Counted from the stretch's first letter, positions 10,061 through 22,373 are shown. The stretch is DNA of 64,000 bases from Candidatus Cloacimonadales bacterium (GCA_963674825.1 OY771587.1:1312001-1376000), one strand, 5' to 3'. Notes: generated from the sequence alone by a model not told the origin. Program-made: numbers and translations.

Positions 10061-12892
10061 ATGCGCAAGATTTTCATCGCCCTGATCCTTCTGGGAACGC
10101 TGTCTCTAAGCGCCCAAGTCGTTGCCCGTGTGGGTAAATATTACGTTACTGAATCCAGCTTGGAAGAGGAAATCGATTACCTCTTCGACATGCAACGCAC
10201 GCCGAGTACTTACTACGCGCTACGCCGACAGGCTATGGATAATCTGATCGAAGAGAAGCTGATGGCCAGTTTCGCGGACGAATATGGTATCATCGTCGAC
10301 AGCAGCGAGGTGGAAGCCTATTTCATCAATGAATACGGTGATCATCCGCAGTTCCAGGAAAATGGCGCGTTCAGCTACCTGAAGTTCAAGAGGCTTTTGC
10401 AAAAGCCACGTATGCAAAAGATATGGCAGGATCTCTACAACGATCTTCTTTTCAGCAAGACCAGGAAGATTATCGAAGAGAGCTTCGACCTCACGGACGA
10501 GATGATCCGCGACCAGTTCGTAACCAGCAGCTTCCAGTTTGACATCGGCTATATCACCATCGATGGTGAACTGCTTGACGTCCCGCAAGGTTGCACGCTG
10601 GAAGGCGCAATGAAGTTTTACCAGAAAAATTACCAACGATATAAATCACCCAAACAGGTACGTCTGGAACTATATGTAATGCAAGATGACGCTCTGCCCT
10701 TGCCCCCAGAAGTGAGCGAGGCGGATCTGATGGAAATCTACCTGCCGCTGGCCTCTGTCAAGCCGCTGGACGAAGTTCGAGATAGCCTTGTCGCGCTACT
10801 CACCGTTCGCAACCGGCATCAGGCTGTGCTGGACTCTCTCGAAATTATACGTCAACTGGTGGAAAACAACAGGCCCTCACCAATATCACCCGTTTTGACC
10901 GATTATCTGGAGTATTCTGGGACAATTGGTGATTTCGAGCAATCCAGGCAAATCCTCGAACGCGCATTCGAGCTCGATGAGCGAAGCGTATCCGAGATCT
11001 TCGATATCGGGTTCGGAAGCATGTTCTTCCGCGTGCTGGATATCATTGAACCACGATCGGAACTCACTCCGGAAGTCGGCATGAAGGCGTGGAAGGATTA
11101 CATCGAAGATGCAGCCACTATGCAGAACGCCGGCGATTTCCGCGAATACTATTACCAGAATATCGATCGCTTTATCGTACCGGCTGCTTACGTGACGCGG
11201 ATCGTGGTCAACCCTGAGAAATATCGCTCACAGATCGACATCCCGGAAGCGGCATTGCAGCAATACTATCGTTCGAACCGGCAGGAGTTCAACCGCCGGG
11301 GAAGAACGATGTCCTATGATGATGCACGTGAACTTATCCTCGAAAAGATGCAGAATCAGGCAATTCAGGAACGGCTCGAAGAGATCCGCGGCAGTGTCCT
11401 GCCCGTCCTGCGTGACGACTCCACCCTCAAAGCCCTTCAAGCAGAAATGGGTTTCAATATGGACAGAGCCATCGTTTTCATGGAGCGACTGGAAAACGTG
11501 GAACCGATCGACGACTACATCGCCTATGCTATCAAACGCAATCCAGACGCTTCCAGTGGTGTACTGAACTATCGCGACAACCTGGTGATCTACCGCCTCG
11601 ACTCAGTATTTCCGGAATACATCCCATCTTACGAACAGATTCAGAGCCAGTTGCCCGGTATTAAACAGGAGATCACTCCTGCTGATACCTCTGCTTATCG
11701 GCTTTTCTACGACCGCAACCTGAGCTATTTCACCACCCCAGACAGCCTCAGCATTGGTGGTGCGCTCTTCCCGCTCGAGACAGACTCGGTGTATGTCTCC
11801 GATATCGAGGTGAAGAACTATTTCCAGAAGCACAAAAAAGAGTTCTATATGTCGCCACGCGTCGACTATGAGGCGTTCTTCCTGCGTGATCCGAACGGAA
11901 CCCGGCAGGAATATCTGCAATACCTCTACAGCTACGCCAGTCGGGAAAAAAGCCTCAAGCTGCTTCAGAAGCTTGTCGGTTCAGAATACAAAGCGCCCAT
12001 GTCCGGCTCAGCGTACTTAGATGAGCTGCCTGTTGAGATGCGCAACGCGTTGGAAGATATCTATAGCAATGAAGTCTCGGAACCCATCTTCGTTGATGAC
12101 GGATGGCTGATGGTTATGAAAACCGGATCAAAAGCCGCTGGTGCAGCACAGTTCTACGAAGTAAGAGAAAGCATTCGCCACAAGCTCGAACTGCGTGAAG
12201 CGGACAGTCTCGCATATAAAAAGGCACGCTATATCTTTGACAACGCCAACTACTTTTCCGATGTGCTGACGCTGACTGATAGCACATATATCTACGACAC
12301 GGAAAAGAAAGCCATCGACGAAGATTTCGAACCCTTCGGTAGCGTGTGGGAATTCCGCCAACGCTTCATGCAGCTATATCGTAACGAAAAATACACCAGC
12401 GTCGTCAAAACACGAAACGGTTACGCAGTGCTCTTCATGCGTAAAAAGAAGTACGGACAGCAAATTCCGTATCTGGACGCGCTACCACAGATTCGCAACA
12501 TGTACGAGGACGAAACCCGTAAGAAACAGCGCAAAGAGTTCCTCATCCAGCTCCTTCAACAGCTTCGGAGTGGCGAAAACGATGAATCTCAACTGGTATT
12601 CCTCGGCGAATGGAAGCACGCTTATGATTTAACCATCGATGGTGAAATTCCGGGTGTCGAATATAGCGAATACATCCTTGCCGATGCCGCCAAGAAAGCC
12701 AAGGGTGAGTACAGTTACCCGATCCGCTTGCAGGACGACAGCTATCTGCTCTATCGCGTGGAAAATGCACACAAGACCGATCGGGCCAGCATCGAAAAAG
12801 ACCTCAAGAGCTTCAAGAAAGCCCTTCTTCAGAAGAAGTTTGAGGACTGGATGCACGAATATCGCGCAACGGTGGGCGTCGAAATCTATTAG
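10061..12892 (+). CDS. Large SurA/PpiD-like periplasmic chaperone
   Basis: Signal peptide; VVARVG...LIEEKL SurA-N-like start; repeated (F/Y)Y..N...F..P motifs; GEYSYPI-type parvulin-like segments. Confidence 0.65.
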   Translation: MRKIFIALILLGTLSLSAQVVARVGKYYVTESSLEEEIDYLFDMQRTPSTYYALRRQAMDNLIEEKLMASFADEYGIIVDSSEVEAYFINEYGDHPQFQENGAFSYLKFKRLLQKPRMQKIWQDLYNDLLFSKTRKIIEESFDLTDEMIRDQFVTSSFQFDIGYITIDGELLDVPQGCTLEGAMKFYQKNYQRYKSPKQVRLELYVMQDDALPLPPEVSEADLMEIYLPLASVKPLDEVRDSLVALLTVRNRHQAVLDSLEIIRQLVENNRPSPISPVLTDYLEYSGTIGDFEQSRQILERAFELDERSVSEIFDIGFGSMFFRVLDIIEPRSELTPEVGMKAWKDYIEDAATMQNAGDFREYYYQNIDRFIVPAAYVTRIVVNPEKYRSQIDIPEAALQQYYRSNRQEFNRRGRTMSYDDARELILEKMQNQAIQERLEEIRGSVLPVLRDDSTLKALQAEMGFNMDRAIVFMERLENVEPIDDYIAYAIKRNPDASSGVLNYRDNLVIYRLDSVFPEYIPSYEQIQSQLPGIKQEITPADTSAYRLFYDRNLSYFTTPDSLSIGGALFPLETDSVYVSDIEVKNYFQKHKKEFYMSPRVDYEAFFLRDPNGTRQEYLQYLYSYASREKSLKLLQKLVGSEYKAPMSGSAYLDELPVEMRNALEDIYSNEVSEPIFVDDGWLMVMKTGSKAAGAAQFYEVRESIRHKLELREADSLAYKKARYIFDNANYFSDVLTLTDSTYIYDTEKKAIDEDFEPFGSVWEFRQRFMQLYRNEKYTSVVKTRNGYAVLFMRKKKYGQQIPYLDALPQIRNMYEDETRKKQRKEFLIQLLQQLRSGENDESQLVFLGEWKHAYDLTIDGEIPGVEYSEYILADAAKKAKGEYSYPIRLQDDSYLLYRVENAHKTDRASIEKDLKSFKKALLQKKFEDWMHEYRATVGVEIY

Positions 12893-12895
12893 ATT

Positions 12896-14977
12896 ATGAA
12901 TCCCTGGAAGGAAGAAATACTTTATCTCAAGGGCGTTGGTGAGCATCGCGCCCAGCTTCTGGCAAAGCTCGACATCCAAAGCGTGGGCGATCTGCTGGAA
13001 TGCTTTCCGCGAGCCTACATCAATCGTCAGACCATGCAGCGTATCCACGATTTGCAAGTGGATCAGCAGTGCGCAGTCGTTGGGAAAATCCAGCTTATCG
13101 ACGAACATCGCACCGCTCGCGGACGTAAACAGCTCAACGTCTCCATCACAGACGGCGAATCGGTGCTGATGTGCACCTGGTTCCGCTACGGGCAATGGAT
13201 AACCAAGCAGCTCCAGGAAGGAGCATCCATCTGGGTTTCGGGTATGGTGAGCGGTTTCCAGGGCCTTCCGCAAATCATCCATCCAGAATATGAGATTCTC
13301 GACGATGACGACAGCCCCGATGACTTCTGGAAAAATCGCGTCCTGCTGCCCATTTACCCGCTTACAGACAAGCTCACCGTCACCACGATGCGCAAACTGG
13401 TGGTCAACGCCTTCAGTAAATTCCATAGTGATATCCCGGAAATCCTTCCGCAGCATATTATTGAGCACTACGATTTTCCACCACGAAAGGCCGCACTCGA
13501 GAAAATGCATTTCCCCGTTCCGGAGACCGACGTCGAGACAGTTCGGCACAGGTTCATTTACGAAGAGTTCTTCTATCATCAATTATTGCTGGCTCGCGTT
13601 TACGGTGACCGCAAGAAGCAGCCACAAGGCGTATCTCTGCCTGTACAGAAGACCTTCACCACAGCCCTGAAGAACAGCCTTCCTTTCCGACTAACCAATG
13701 CCCAGAAGCGCGTGATTCGCGAGATCGTTCAGGACATGGAATCTCCCAGCCAAATGAATCGCCTCCTGCAAGGCGACGTTGGATCGGGAAAGACCATCGT
13801 GACACTTTTCGCCATGCTGCTGGCTGTCGAAAACGGATACCAGGCGGTACTCATGGCCCCAACGGAGATTCTGGCCGAACAGCACTATCACAGCGCAATC
13901 GCTTTGCTTAAAAACCAGCCGGAGCTGCGCATCGCGCTCATCAAAGGTGGTAATTACAAGGGCAAGAAAGCAATGCTGGAAAAGATCGCAGCCGGAGAGA
14001 TCAACCTGATTTTCGGCACCCACGCGCTCATCCAGAAAAACGTTCACTTCCACAATGTCGGCTTCGTCTGCATCGACGAGCAACACCGTTTCGGTGTAAA
14101 CCAGCGCGCGCTTCTAAGCGAAAAGGGCATGAAGCCGAACCTCCTGCATATGTCCGCTACACCTATCCCGCGCTCACTGGCAATGACCGCTTTCGGTGAT
14201 CTTGATGTCAGCATTATCGACGAGATGCCGCCTGGTCGTAAACCCATCCAGACTTCCTACAAGAAGCAAGAGCAGAAGTACGAGGTCTATAACGAGATTC
14301 GCAAAGCGCTCCGCAAAGGTCGTCAGGCATATCTAGTCTGCCCGTTGGTGGAGGAATCCGACAAGAGCTACTTACTTGATTCGGAGACGCTCTACAAGGA
14401 TGTTTCGGAGAATATCTTTCCGGAATTCAAGTCGGCTCTACTGCATGGGAGGATGAAGTCACTGGAGAAAGACGAAATCATGCAGGCATTCAAGGAGCGG
14501 AAGTTCTCTATCCTGGTGGCGACTACGGTAATCGAGGTGGGTATCGATGTACCCAACGCGACCATTATGGTGATCGAGCACGCGGAACGGTTCGGGCTCA
14601 GTCAGTTGCATCAGCTCAGAGGGCGGGTTGGACGCGGTGCGGAGCAGTCGTCCTGCTTTCTGATCTACTATCCGCCTATTTCGAAGAACGGCTGGGAACG
14701 CATCTCCACCATGGCGAAAACCAATGACGGTTTCGATATCGCCGAGAAGGACCTCGACCTGCGCGGTCCTGGAGATTTCTTCGGGACGAAGCAGTCCGGC
14801 ATGCCAGATTTCCGGCACGCGAACTTGCTTCGGCACCAGGATTGGCTCAAGCTCGCCCGTAAGGATGCTTTCGACCTCATCAGCGACGATCCCAAGCTCG
14901 ATAAACCGGAGAACCTACCCGTGAAAGAGCATTACGCCGCGTTTTACGTTGAGCGGGAGAAGTTGTTTAAGTATTAG
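12896..14977 (+). CDS. recG: ATP-dependent DNA helicase RecG
   Basis: MNRLLQGDVGSGKT, DEQHRFG, SATPIPR, QLRGRVGRG, RGPG.FFG.KQSG. Confidence 0.97.
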   Translation: MNPWKEEILYLKGVGEHRAQLLAKLDIQSVGDLLECFPRAYINRQTMQRIHDLQVDQQCAVVGKIQLIDEHRTARGRKQLNVSITDGESVLMCTWFRYGQWITKQLQEGASIWVSGMVSGFQGLPQIIHPEYEILDDDDSPDDFWKNRVLLPIYPLTDKLTVTTMRKLVVNAFSKFHSDIPEILPQHIIEHYDFPPRKAALEKMHFPVPETDVETVRHRFIYEEFFYHQLLLARVYGDRKKQPQGVSLPVQKTFTTALKNSLPFRLTNAQKRVIREIVQDMESPSQMNRLLQGDVGSGKTIVTLFAMLLAVENGYQAVLMAPTEILAEQHYHSAIALLKNQPELRIALIKGGNYKGKKAMLEKIAAGEINLIFGTHALIQKNVHFHNVGFVCIDEQHRFGVNQRALLSEKGMKPNLLHMSATPIPRSLAMTAFGDLDVSIIDEMPPGRKPIQTSYKKQEQKYEVYNEIRKALRKGRQAYLVCPLVEESDKSYLLDSETLYKDVSENIFPEFKSALLHGRMKSLEKDEIMQAFKERKFSILVATTVIEVGIDVPNATIMVIEHAERFGLSQLHQLRGRVGRGAEQSSCFLIYYPPISKNGWERISTMAKTNDGFDIAEKDLDLRGPGDFFGTKQSGMPDFRHANLLRHQDWLKLARKDAFDLISDDPKLDKPENLPVKEHYAAFYVEREKLFKY

Positions 14978-15056
14978 CCTGGATGAGAAAGACGTCCAGG
15001 TTGCATATTTTCCATTTTCCTAAAGTAACGTATCATGAATGACTGAGAGATAAGAG

Positions 15057-15078
15057 ACGCAGACGAGGACGTCTGCGT
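15057..15078. repeat. REP-like palindrome
   Basis: ACGCAGACG-agga-CGTCTGCGT: 9-bp perfect arms, no U-tract. Confidence 0.4.
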
Positions 15079-15090
15079 ACCCAGAAATAT

Positions 15091-15120
15091 AAAACACCCG
15101 ATCGTGATGACCGGGCGTTT
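15091..15120. terminator. Terminator between convergent recG and atpC
   Basis: aaaacacccg...cgggcgttt hairpin with A/T flanks. Confidence 0.6.
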
Positions 15121-15149
15121 GTATTATATCGAATCCTAACGGATATTCG

Positions 15150-16959
<1,810 letters not shown>

Positions 16960-16985
16960 CTATCGGATACGTTCTTTCAATTTCA

Positions 16986-17843
16986 CTACTGGTTAATTGC
17001 TTCCGCGCCGGAGGCCACCTCGATAATCTCGGTGGTAATGCTCGCCTGGCGCGCACGATTGTAATGTAACGTTAATTCACCGATCATCTCGGTGGCGTTG
17101 TCGGTAGCGCTTTCCATCGCCGTCATACGAGCGCCCTGTTCCGCAGCAGACGATTCCAGAAGGATTCGCCACACTTCGACATCCAGATACTTACGTCCCA
17201 ACTCGGTGATGATGGTATCCTCGTCAGGTTCATACAGGTAGTCGATATTCGATACGATCTCCGATTCGAGCGGAATGATCGGCAGAATCTGCTTGAATAC
17301 GATATCCTGCTGGATGGCGGATTTGAATTCGTTGTAGAGGACACGAACCCGGTTGTAGCCTTTGTTCAGGTACAAATCGAGGAACAGGTCGGCAATCTCT
17401 TTGGATTGTGAGAAATTCATCTCGTTGAAGAGCCCCGTATAGTGCGCGATCATGTTGTCTGTGCGCTTTTTCAGGTGGTCGTAGCACTTCTTACCGATAC
17501 AGATGATGTCTTCGTCCTCGGTTGTGTCTTCGAGCAGGCGCGTTGCTTCGCGGATGATGCTGGTATTGAAGGAACCGCACAGTCCGCGGTCGGCGGTGAC
17601 GACGACCATGAGCGTCTTGCCGCCCTCTTCGGGTTCGACCAGGAGAGGATGCTGCGACTGAGCGTTCTTGACCTTCAGCGTACGCAGCATGGTATCGATA
17701 TAGTTGGCATAGGGTCGCGCGGCGATAATTCGCTGCTGAGCCTTACGCAGATAGGCGGCGGAGATCATCTTCATCGCGTTGGTGATCTGCCGCGTATTCT
17801 TGACGCTGTCGATCCTGGTCTTGATATCGCGTAAGTTTGCCAT
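16986..17843 (-). CDS. atpG: F1 gamma subunit
   Basis: QITNAMKM, TADRGLCG, YNRARQASIT. Confidence 0.97.
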   Translation of the reverse strand: MANLRDIKTRIDSVKNTRQITNAMKMISAAYLRKAQQRIIAARPYANYIDTMLRTLKVKNAQSQHPLLVEPEEGGKTLMVVVTADRGLCGSFNTSIIREATRLLEDTTEDEDIICIGKKCYDHLKKRTDNMIAHYTGLFNEMNFSQSKEIADLFLDLYLNKGYNRVRVLYNEFKSAIQQDIVFKQILPIIPLESEIVSNIDYLYEPDEDTIITELGRKYLDVEVWRILLESSAAEQGARMTAMESATDNATEMIGELTLHYNRARQASITTEIIEVASGAEAINQ

Positions 17844-17854
17844 GATTTATCCTG

Positions 17855-19363
17855 TTAGGCCTTGAATTTCTCGACGACTTTCTTGCACACAGCGTGCATT
17901 TTATCTTTGAGTTCGTCGTTGAGCTTGGATGCTCCCACGATTTCCTTCATGATGTCCTGATATTCGGACTCAAGGGTCAGGTTGAGCTCGTGCTCCACAT
18001 CTTTAACCTTGTGAATATCGATTTCATCAAGGTAGCCCTGATTACCCATGAAGATAATGAAGATCTGCTTCGCAACCGAAAGCGGCTGATATTGGGGTTG
18101 TTTGAGGATTTCACGCAGACGCTCGCCACGACGCAACTGGTGCAGCGTTACCTTGTCGAGATCAGATCCGAACTTCGCAAACGCTTCCAATTCGGCATAC
18201 TGTGCCAGATCCATACGGAGCTGGCCGGTAACGGCCTTCATGAGCTTGATCTGTGCGCTACCACCAACACGGGAAACAGAAATACCCGCGTTGATCGCCG
18301 GACGGATACCGGCATAGAAGAGCCGGTTACTAAGATAAATCTGACCGTCGGTGATGGAGATCACGTTGGTGGGAATGTACGCGGTAACGTCGTCCGCTTG
18401 AGTTTCAATAATCGGTAGTGCTGTAAGCGAACCGCCACCCAATTCGTTGTTGAGCTTGGATGCGCGCTCGAGCAGTCTCGAATGCAGGTAGAAAACATCT
18501 CCGGGATATGCTTCACGTCCTGGTGGACGGCGCAGAAGCAGCGAGATTTCACGATATGCGACCGCGTGCTTGGAGAGGTCGTCGTAGATGACCAAAGCAT
18601 GCTTGCCGTTATCGCGGAAGTACTCGCCGATGGAGCAGCCTGCGTAGGGCGCAAGATACTGGAGCGCAGCAGGCTCTGAAGCCGAAGCGGAAACGATAAT
18701 GGTGTAATCCATCGCGCCGTTGGCTTTCAGGGTTTCTACAATCTTCGCGACAGAAGATTTTTTCTGACCGATTGCCACGTAGATACAGTACATATCGGTC
18801 TCTTTCTGGTTGATGATGGTATCAATTGCGATAGCCGTCTTACCTGTCTGGCGGTCACCGATGATCAGCTCGCGCTGTCCGCGTCCGATGGGGATCATGG
18901 AGTCGATCGCCTTCAGACCGGTCTGGAGCGGTTCTTTCACCGGCTGCCGCTGGATAACGCCCAGCGCTTTACGTTCGATGGGAAAAGTCTTATCTGTCTT
19001 GATGTCGCCCTTTCCGTCGATCGGATGACCCAGCGCGTTCACCACGCGACCGAGCATGGCATCGCCAACCGGGACCTGAAGGATCTTCTTGGTCCGGCGG
19101 ACAATGTCGCCTTCCTTGATATAGTGCGTATCGCCGAAGACGATGCAGCCTATGTTGTCTTCTTCCAGATTCAGCGCCATTCCATAGATGTCGTTGGGGA
19201 ACAGCACCATCTCGCCTGCCATCACGTTTTCCATTCCGAAAACGCGAGCGATACCGTCACCAACCATGACCACTTTACCGGTCTCGGCGATGTCGATATC
19301 AAATTTGAAACTGTCGATCTTTTGCTTTATGATCGAGCTGACTTCATCGGGATGTATCTTCAT
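17855..19363 (-). CDS. atpA: F1 alpha subunit
   Basis: [30 protein letters not shown]. Confidence 0.98.
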   Translation of the reverse strand: MKIHPDEVSSIIKQKIDSFKFDIDIAETGKVVMVGDGIARVFGMENVMAGEMVLFPNDIYGMALNLEEDNIGCIVFGDTHYIKEGDIVRRTKKILQVPVGDAMLGRVVNALGHPIDGKGDIKTDKTFPIERKALGVIQRQPVKEPLQTGLKAIDSMIPIGRGQRELIIGDRQTGKTAIAIDTIINQKETDMYCIYVAIGQKKSSVAKIVETLKANGAMDYTIIVSASASEPAALQYLAPYAGCSIGEYFRDNGKHALVIYDDLSKHAVAYREISLLLRRPPGREAYPGDVFYLHSRLLERASKLNNELGGGSLTALPIIETQADDVTAYIPTNVISITDGQIYLSNRLFYAGIRPAINAGISVSRVGGSAQIKLMKAVTGQLRMDLAQYAELEAFAKFGSDLDKVTLHQLRRGERLREILKQPQYQPLSVAKQIFIIFMGNQGYLDEIDIHKVKDVEHELNLTLESEYQDIMKEIVGASKLNDELKDKMHAVCKKVVEKFKA

Positions 19364-19370
19364 AATACCC

Positions 19371-19913
19371 TCAATTCTGCGGTATTTTTTCTTTTATAAA
19401 ACGTTCGAGGTTGTTTTTAACGGAACCGTCTATGATCAGCGAACTCGTTTCCGCGTGGAATCCGGCGATCAATTCAGGCCGGATGCGCGTCTTGAATTCG
19501 ACCTTCTTTTTCAGGATATCTTCCAGAAGTCTGGTGATTTTGCTCATCGTCTCGCTATCGTGCTCTCTTGCTACCGAAAGTTTGACGATGATCTGGTTGT
19601 TCTCCTCCAGAATGATATCTTCCATCCGCGAAAGGATCATAATGATCGCAGAGAAACGCCTCTTCTGCACAAGCAGCTGGAACAGCGACTCCCACCGTTC
19701 GCTGAAGTTCAGCTTTTCGGCCAGGGCTGCTGCGAGCTTCTTCTTTCGTGGCATCGAGAGAATCACCATATCGATCGATCGGATGATTTCGGGATATTGG
19801 GAGAGCAATTCCTGTAAACCACGGATATCTTCCAGAAGCTTTGCATGGTCTTCAGGAGCGATCAGCTCGATGAAAGCCTTTGCATATCGTCCGGATACTT
19901 CGATGTCTCTCAC
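19371..19913 (-). CDS. atpH: F1 delta subunit
   Basis: RYAKA, PELIAG..IIDGS; position in operon. Confidence 0.9.
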   Translation of the reverse strand: MRDIEVSGRYAKAFIELIAPEDHAKLLEDIRGLQELLSQYPEIIRSIDMVILSMPRKKKLAAALAEKLNFSERWESLFQLLVQKRRFSAIIMILSRMEDIILEENNQIIVKLSVAREHDSETMSKITRLLEDILKKKVEFKTRIRPELIAGFHAETSSLIIDGSVKNNLERFIKEKIPQN

Positions 19914-20392
19914 TGGCTTAACCTGTCTTGCAGTAGTTTATCGATCAGTTTCTTGTCCGCTTGAGGATCCATTTTATCGGCGATGATCTTCGCCGAGACG
20001 GACGCGATCATGCCGGCCAGTTCGCTTTCCAGGCTTGCAATAGTTTGCTTGCGAACGTGAGCGATCTGCGCTTCGGTATCCTGTACGATTTCCTTCTGCT
20101 GTTTGGCAGCGTTATCCAGGATATCCTTTGCTTGATCTTCCGCTTCACGCTTGGCGCGATGCTGCATTTTGCGAATTTCTTCGGACGATTCGATAAGCTC
20201 CTGCTTCTGTTTATCCAGGAGTTGTGCCGCTTCCTCTTTGGTGCGGGTTGCTTCATCGATATCGCTTGAAATCTTCTGCGATCTTTCGGTAAGCCACTTT
20301 GTCATTGGCTTATAGAGAATCTTGTTCAGAATGATCAGAAGCAGAACAAAGTTCGCGATAACGATCAAGAGAGAATAATCAACTGTGATCAT
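19910..20392 (-). CDS. atpF: Fo b subunit
   Basis: N-terminal TM helix (NF.LL..IL..ILYKP) followed by coiled coil. Confidence 0.93.
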   Translation of the reverse strand: MITVDYSLLIVIANFVLLLIILNKILYKPMTKWLTERSQKISSDIDEATRTKEEAAQLLDKQKQELIESSEEIRKMQHRAKREAEDQAKDILDNAAKQQKEIVQDTEAQIAHVRKQTIASLESELAGMIASVSAKIIADKMDPQADKKLIDKLLQDRLSQ

Positions 20393-20432
20393 GTCTTCTC
20401 CATTCGCTGAAAAATTTAGGGGTTATGCTGTA

Positions 20433-20684
20433 TCAGGTGGAGAAAATCAACAGCAGTGCGATAACCAGAGAATAGATACCGGTCGATTCGGATACGGCCT
20501 GACCCACCAGCATGGTACGCATAAGCAGGTTCTGATTTTCGGGTGAACGTGCGATACCTTCACATGCCTTACCGGCAACGAAACCTTCACCAACACCGGG
20601 TCCGAGCGCTCCGATACCCATACAGATGCCCGCGCCAAGAAACGCCGCAGCTTTTGCGATGCCTTGTGCCAATGTCATTTCCAT
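20433..20684 (-). CDS. atpE: Fo c subunit, single hairpin, Na+-type signature
   Basis: GPGVGE33G and AV64SE66S67T68GIY71. Confidence 0.95.
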   Translation of the reverse strand: MEMTLAQGIAKAAAFLGAGICMGIGALGPGVGEGFVAGKACEGIARSPENQNLLMRTMLVGQAVSESTGIYSLVIALLLIFST

Positions 20685-20723
20685 TTTTTCCTCCTGTTAT
20701 GTAACAGTCTTTATGTTTTCAGT

Positions 20724-21476
20724 TTATAATGCAAAGATTAACAGGAACGCGATCACAAGCGAGTAGATCGCGGTTGATTCGGAAACCGCAGCTCCAAGGA
20801 ACATGGTTCGAATCAGGTTGTTCTTCTGCGCAGGGAAGCGTCCGATCGAGTCGTTCGCACGACCCGCAACGAATCCGATACCAGAGCCAGGACCGAGCGT
20901 ACCGAGTCCGATGGCAAAGCCGGCACCAATATAGGCAGCCATCTTCATGATGATGTTCGCCATGCTCGCGTTCTCGGGCTGGAAAGGCGTCGAGAACATA
21001 AGAAGGAGCGATACAACCAATGCGAAAATGGAGCTCGATTGCGAAAGTGCCTGGCCGATCAGCATGTTACCCATCAGGATGTTCGATTGGCGCGGATTGC
21101 GTCCGATCGATTTACATGCTTCACCACCAGCATAACCCGCACCAAATGCAGGACCGACCGCGCCAAGCCCGACTGCGATACCAGCCGAAAGAAGCGCTGC
21201 GAAACGATACCACCCACCTGCTACGACGTCAATTCCACCGAACAGCAGCAGCAGCGCTACAACCAGCGCGAAAATACCGCCGGTCTGTGTGGCCGCCTGG
21301 CCGATCAGCATCGTGCCGAAGAGACGGTCATAAGCCTTGGGTTGCCTGGAAAGAGCCAGGGTCGCCTGGTCGGCAATCGTTCCACTGCCGATACCGCTTG
21401 TTACCGATGAAATTCCAACGCCGATTCCGGCGCCCAAATAAGCCGCGATCTCTACGATCTCTTTTGTGAATACCAT
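20724..21476 (-). CDS. atpE: Triplicated Fo c subunit (3 hairpins, 6 TM); only hairpin 3 retains the Glu
   Basis: Three c-repeats with RQP, RNP and RFP loops; site residues Q64, Q146 and E233. Confidence 0.92.
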   Translation of the reverse strand: MVFTKEIVEIAAYLGAGIGVGISSVTSGIGSGTIADQATLALSRQPKAYDRLFGTMLIGQAATQTGGIFALVVALLLLFGGIDVVAGGWYRFAALLSAGIAVGLGAVGPAFGAGYAGGEACKSIGRNPRQSNILMGNMLIGQALSQSSSIFALVVSLLLMFSTPFQPENASMANIIMKMAAYIGAGFAIGLGTLGPGSGIGFVAGRANDSIGRFPAQKNNLIRTMFLGAAVSESTAIYSLVIAFLLIFAL

Positions 21477-21479
21477 TGA

Positions 21480-22373
21480 TTACTCCGAAATCGCTACACT
21501 GATATATGACAGAGCCAGCATAGTGAAGACGAATGCCTGCACCGTACCGACAAACAATCCAAAGAACAGGTTCAGCCCAACCGGCAGAACCACAAACTTG
21601 ACCAGAGACGAAACCACCAGGATGATGATTGCACCGCCGAGGATGTTACCAAACAAACGGAAGGAGATCGAAACGACCTTCGCCAGTTCGCCAATGACAT
21701 CGAGGATAACCATCGGTGTGACGTAACCCTTCAGATAACCACCGATTCCCTTGTGCTTGATCGCCGTGGCGTGAACCACGACACCGACCATGATACCCAT
21801 ACCCATTGTCACATTGAGCGTACGGGTAGGTTCCATGAAGCCGGGGATCGGGATCATACCGATGACGTTACAGATCCACAAGAATATGAAGATGGTTACA
21901 ATGTAAGGTGTGAAGCCTGCAAGCTGGGGTCCGAGTGTCTCAACCACGAATCCCTCCAGCATCCCGTAGATAGATTCGAACAGGATTTGGATCTTGCTGG
22001 GGCGTTCAAACAAACGCTTGCGGGTGAAAAACGCGAAGAAAAGCAGTGCGATATCGACGATCAGCAACATCCGCAGAAGCTGGAAAGTGCCGACTGGGGT
22101 TCCCTTGGCGAGAACTGTCATCGAATTGTAAAGCTCTTCGCTACCGTAGATAACCTTCTCTTCACCTTGGTCTTCGATGAACTTATCGCGCTGGAAATCT
22201 TCGGTAATCCTGTCGGAAAGGACAAATTCGTGCGGTGTATTGCGGAATACAAACTTGCCGTCTTCGTCAAATCCGATCTGGATTTGTTTGTTGAGAAATC
22301 CCGAGAGGGCAAGCAGAATGATTTCAATGACTGCGAAAATGATAATAATCCGGAGAATTCCGCCTTTCTTCAT
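21480..22373 (-). CDS. atpB: Fo a subunit with N-terminal extension
   Basis: SISFRLFGNI conserved Arg; VQAFVFTML. Confidence 0.93.
   Translation of the reverse strand: MKKGGILRIIIIFAVIEIILLALSGFLNKQIQIGFDEDGKFVFRNTPHEFVLSDRITEDFQRDKFIEDQGEEKVIYGSEELYNSMTVLAKGTPVGTFQLLRMLLIVDIALLFFAFFTRKRLFERPSKIQILFESIYGMLEGFVVETLGPQLAGFTPYIVTIFIFLWICNVIGMIPIPGFMEPTRTLNVTMGMGIMVGVVVHATAIKHKGIGGYLKGYVTPMVILDVIGELAKVVSISFRLFGNILGGAIIILVVSSLVKFVVLPVGLNLFFGLFVGTVQAFVFTMLALSYISVAISE

Noticed and set aside
10040..10070. Integrated element at the guaA 3' end
   Set aside because: The next gene starts 1 bp later; no integrase or att duplication seen.
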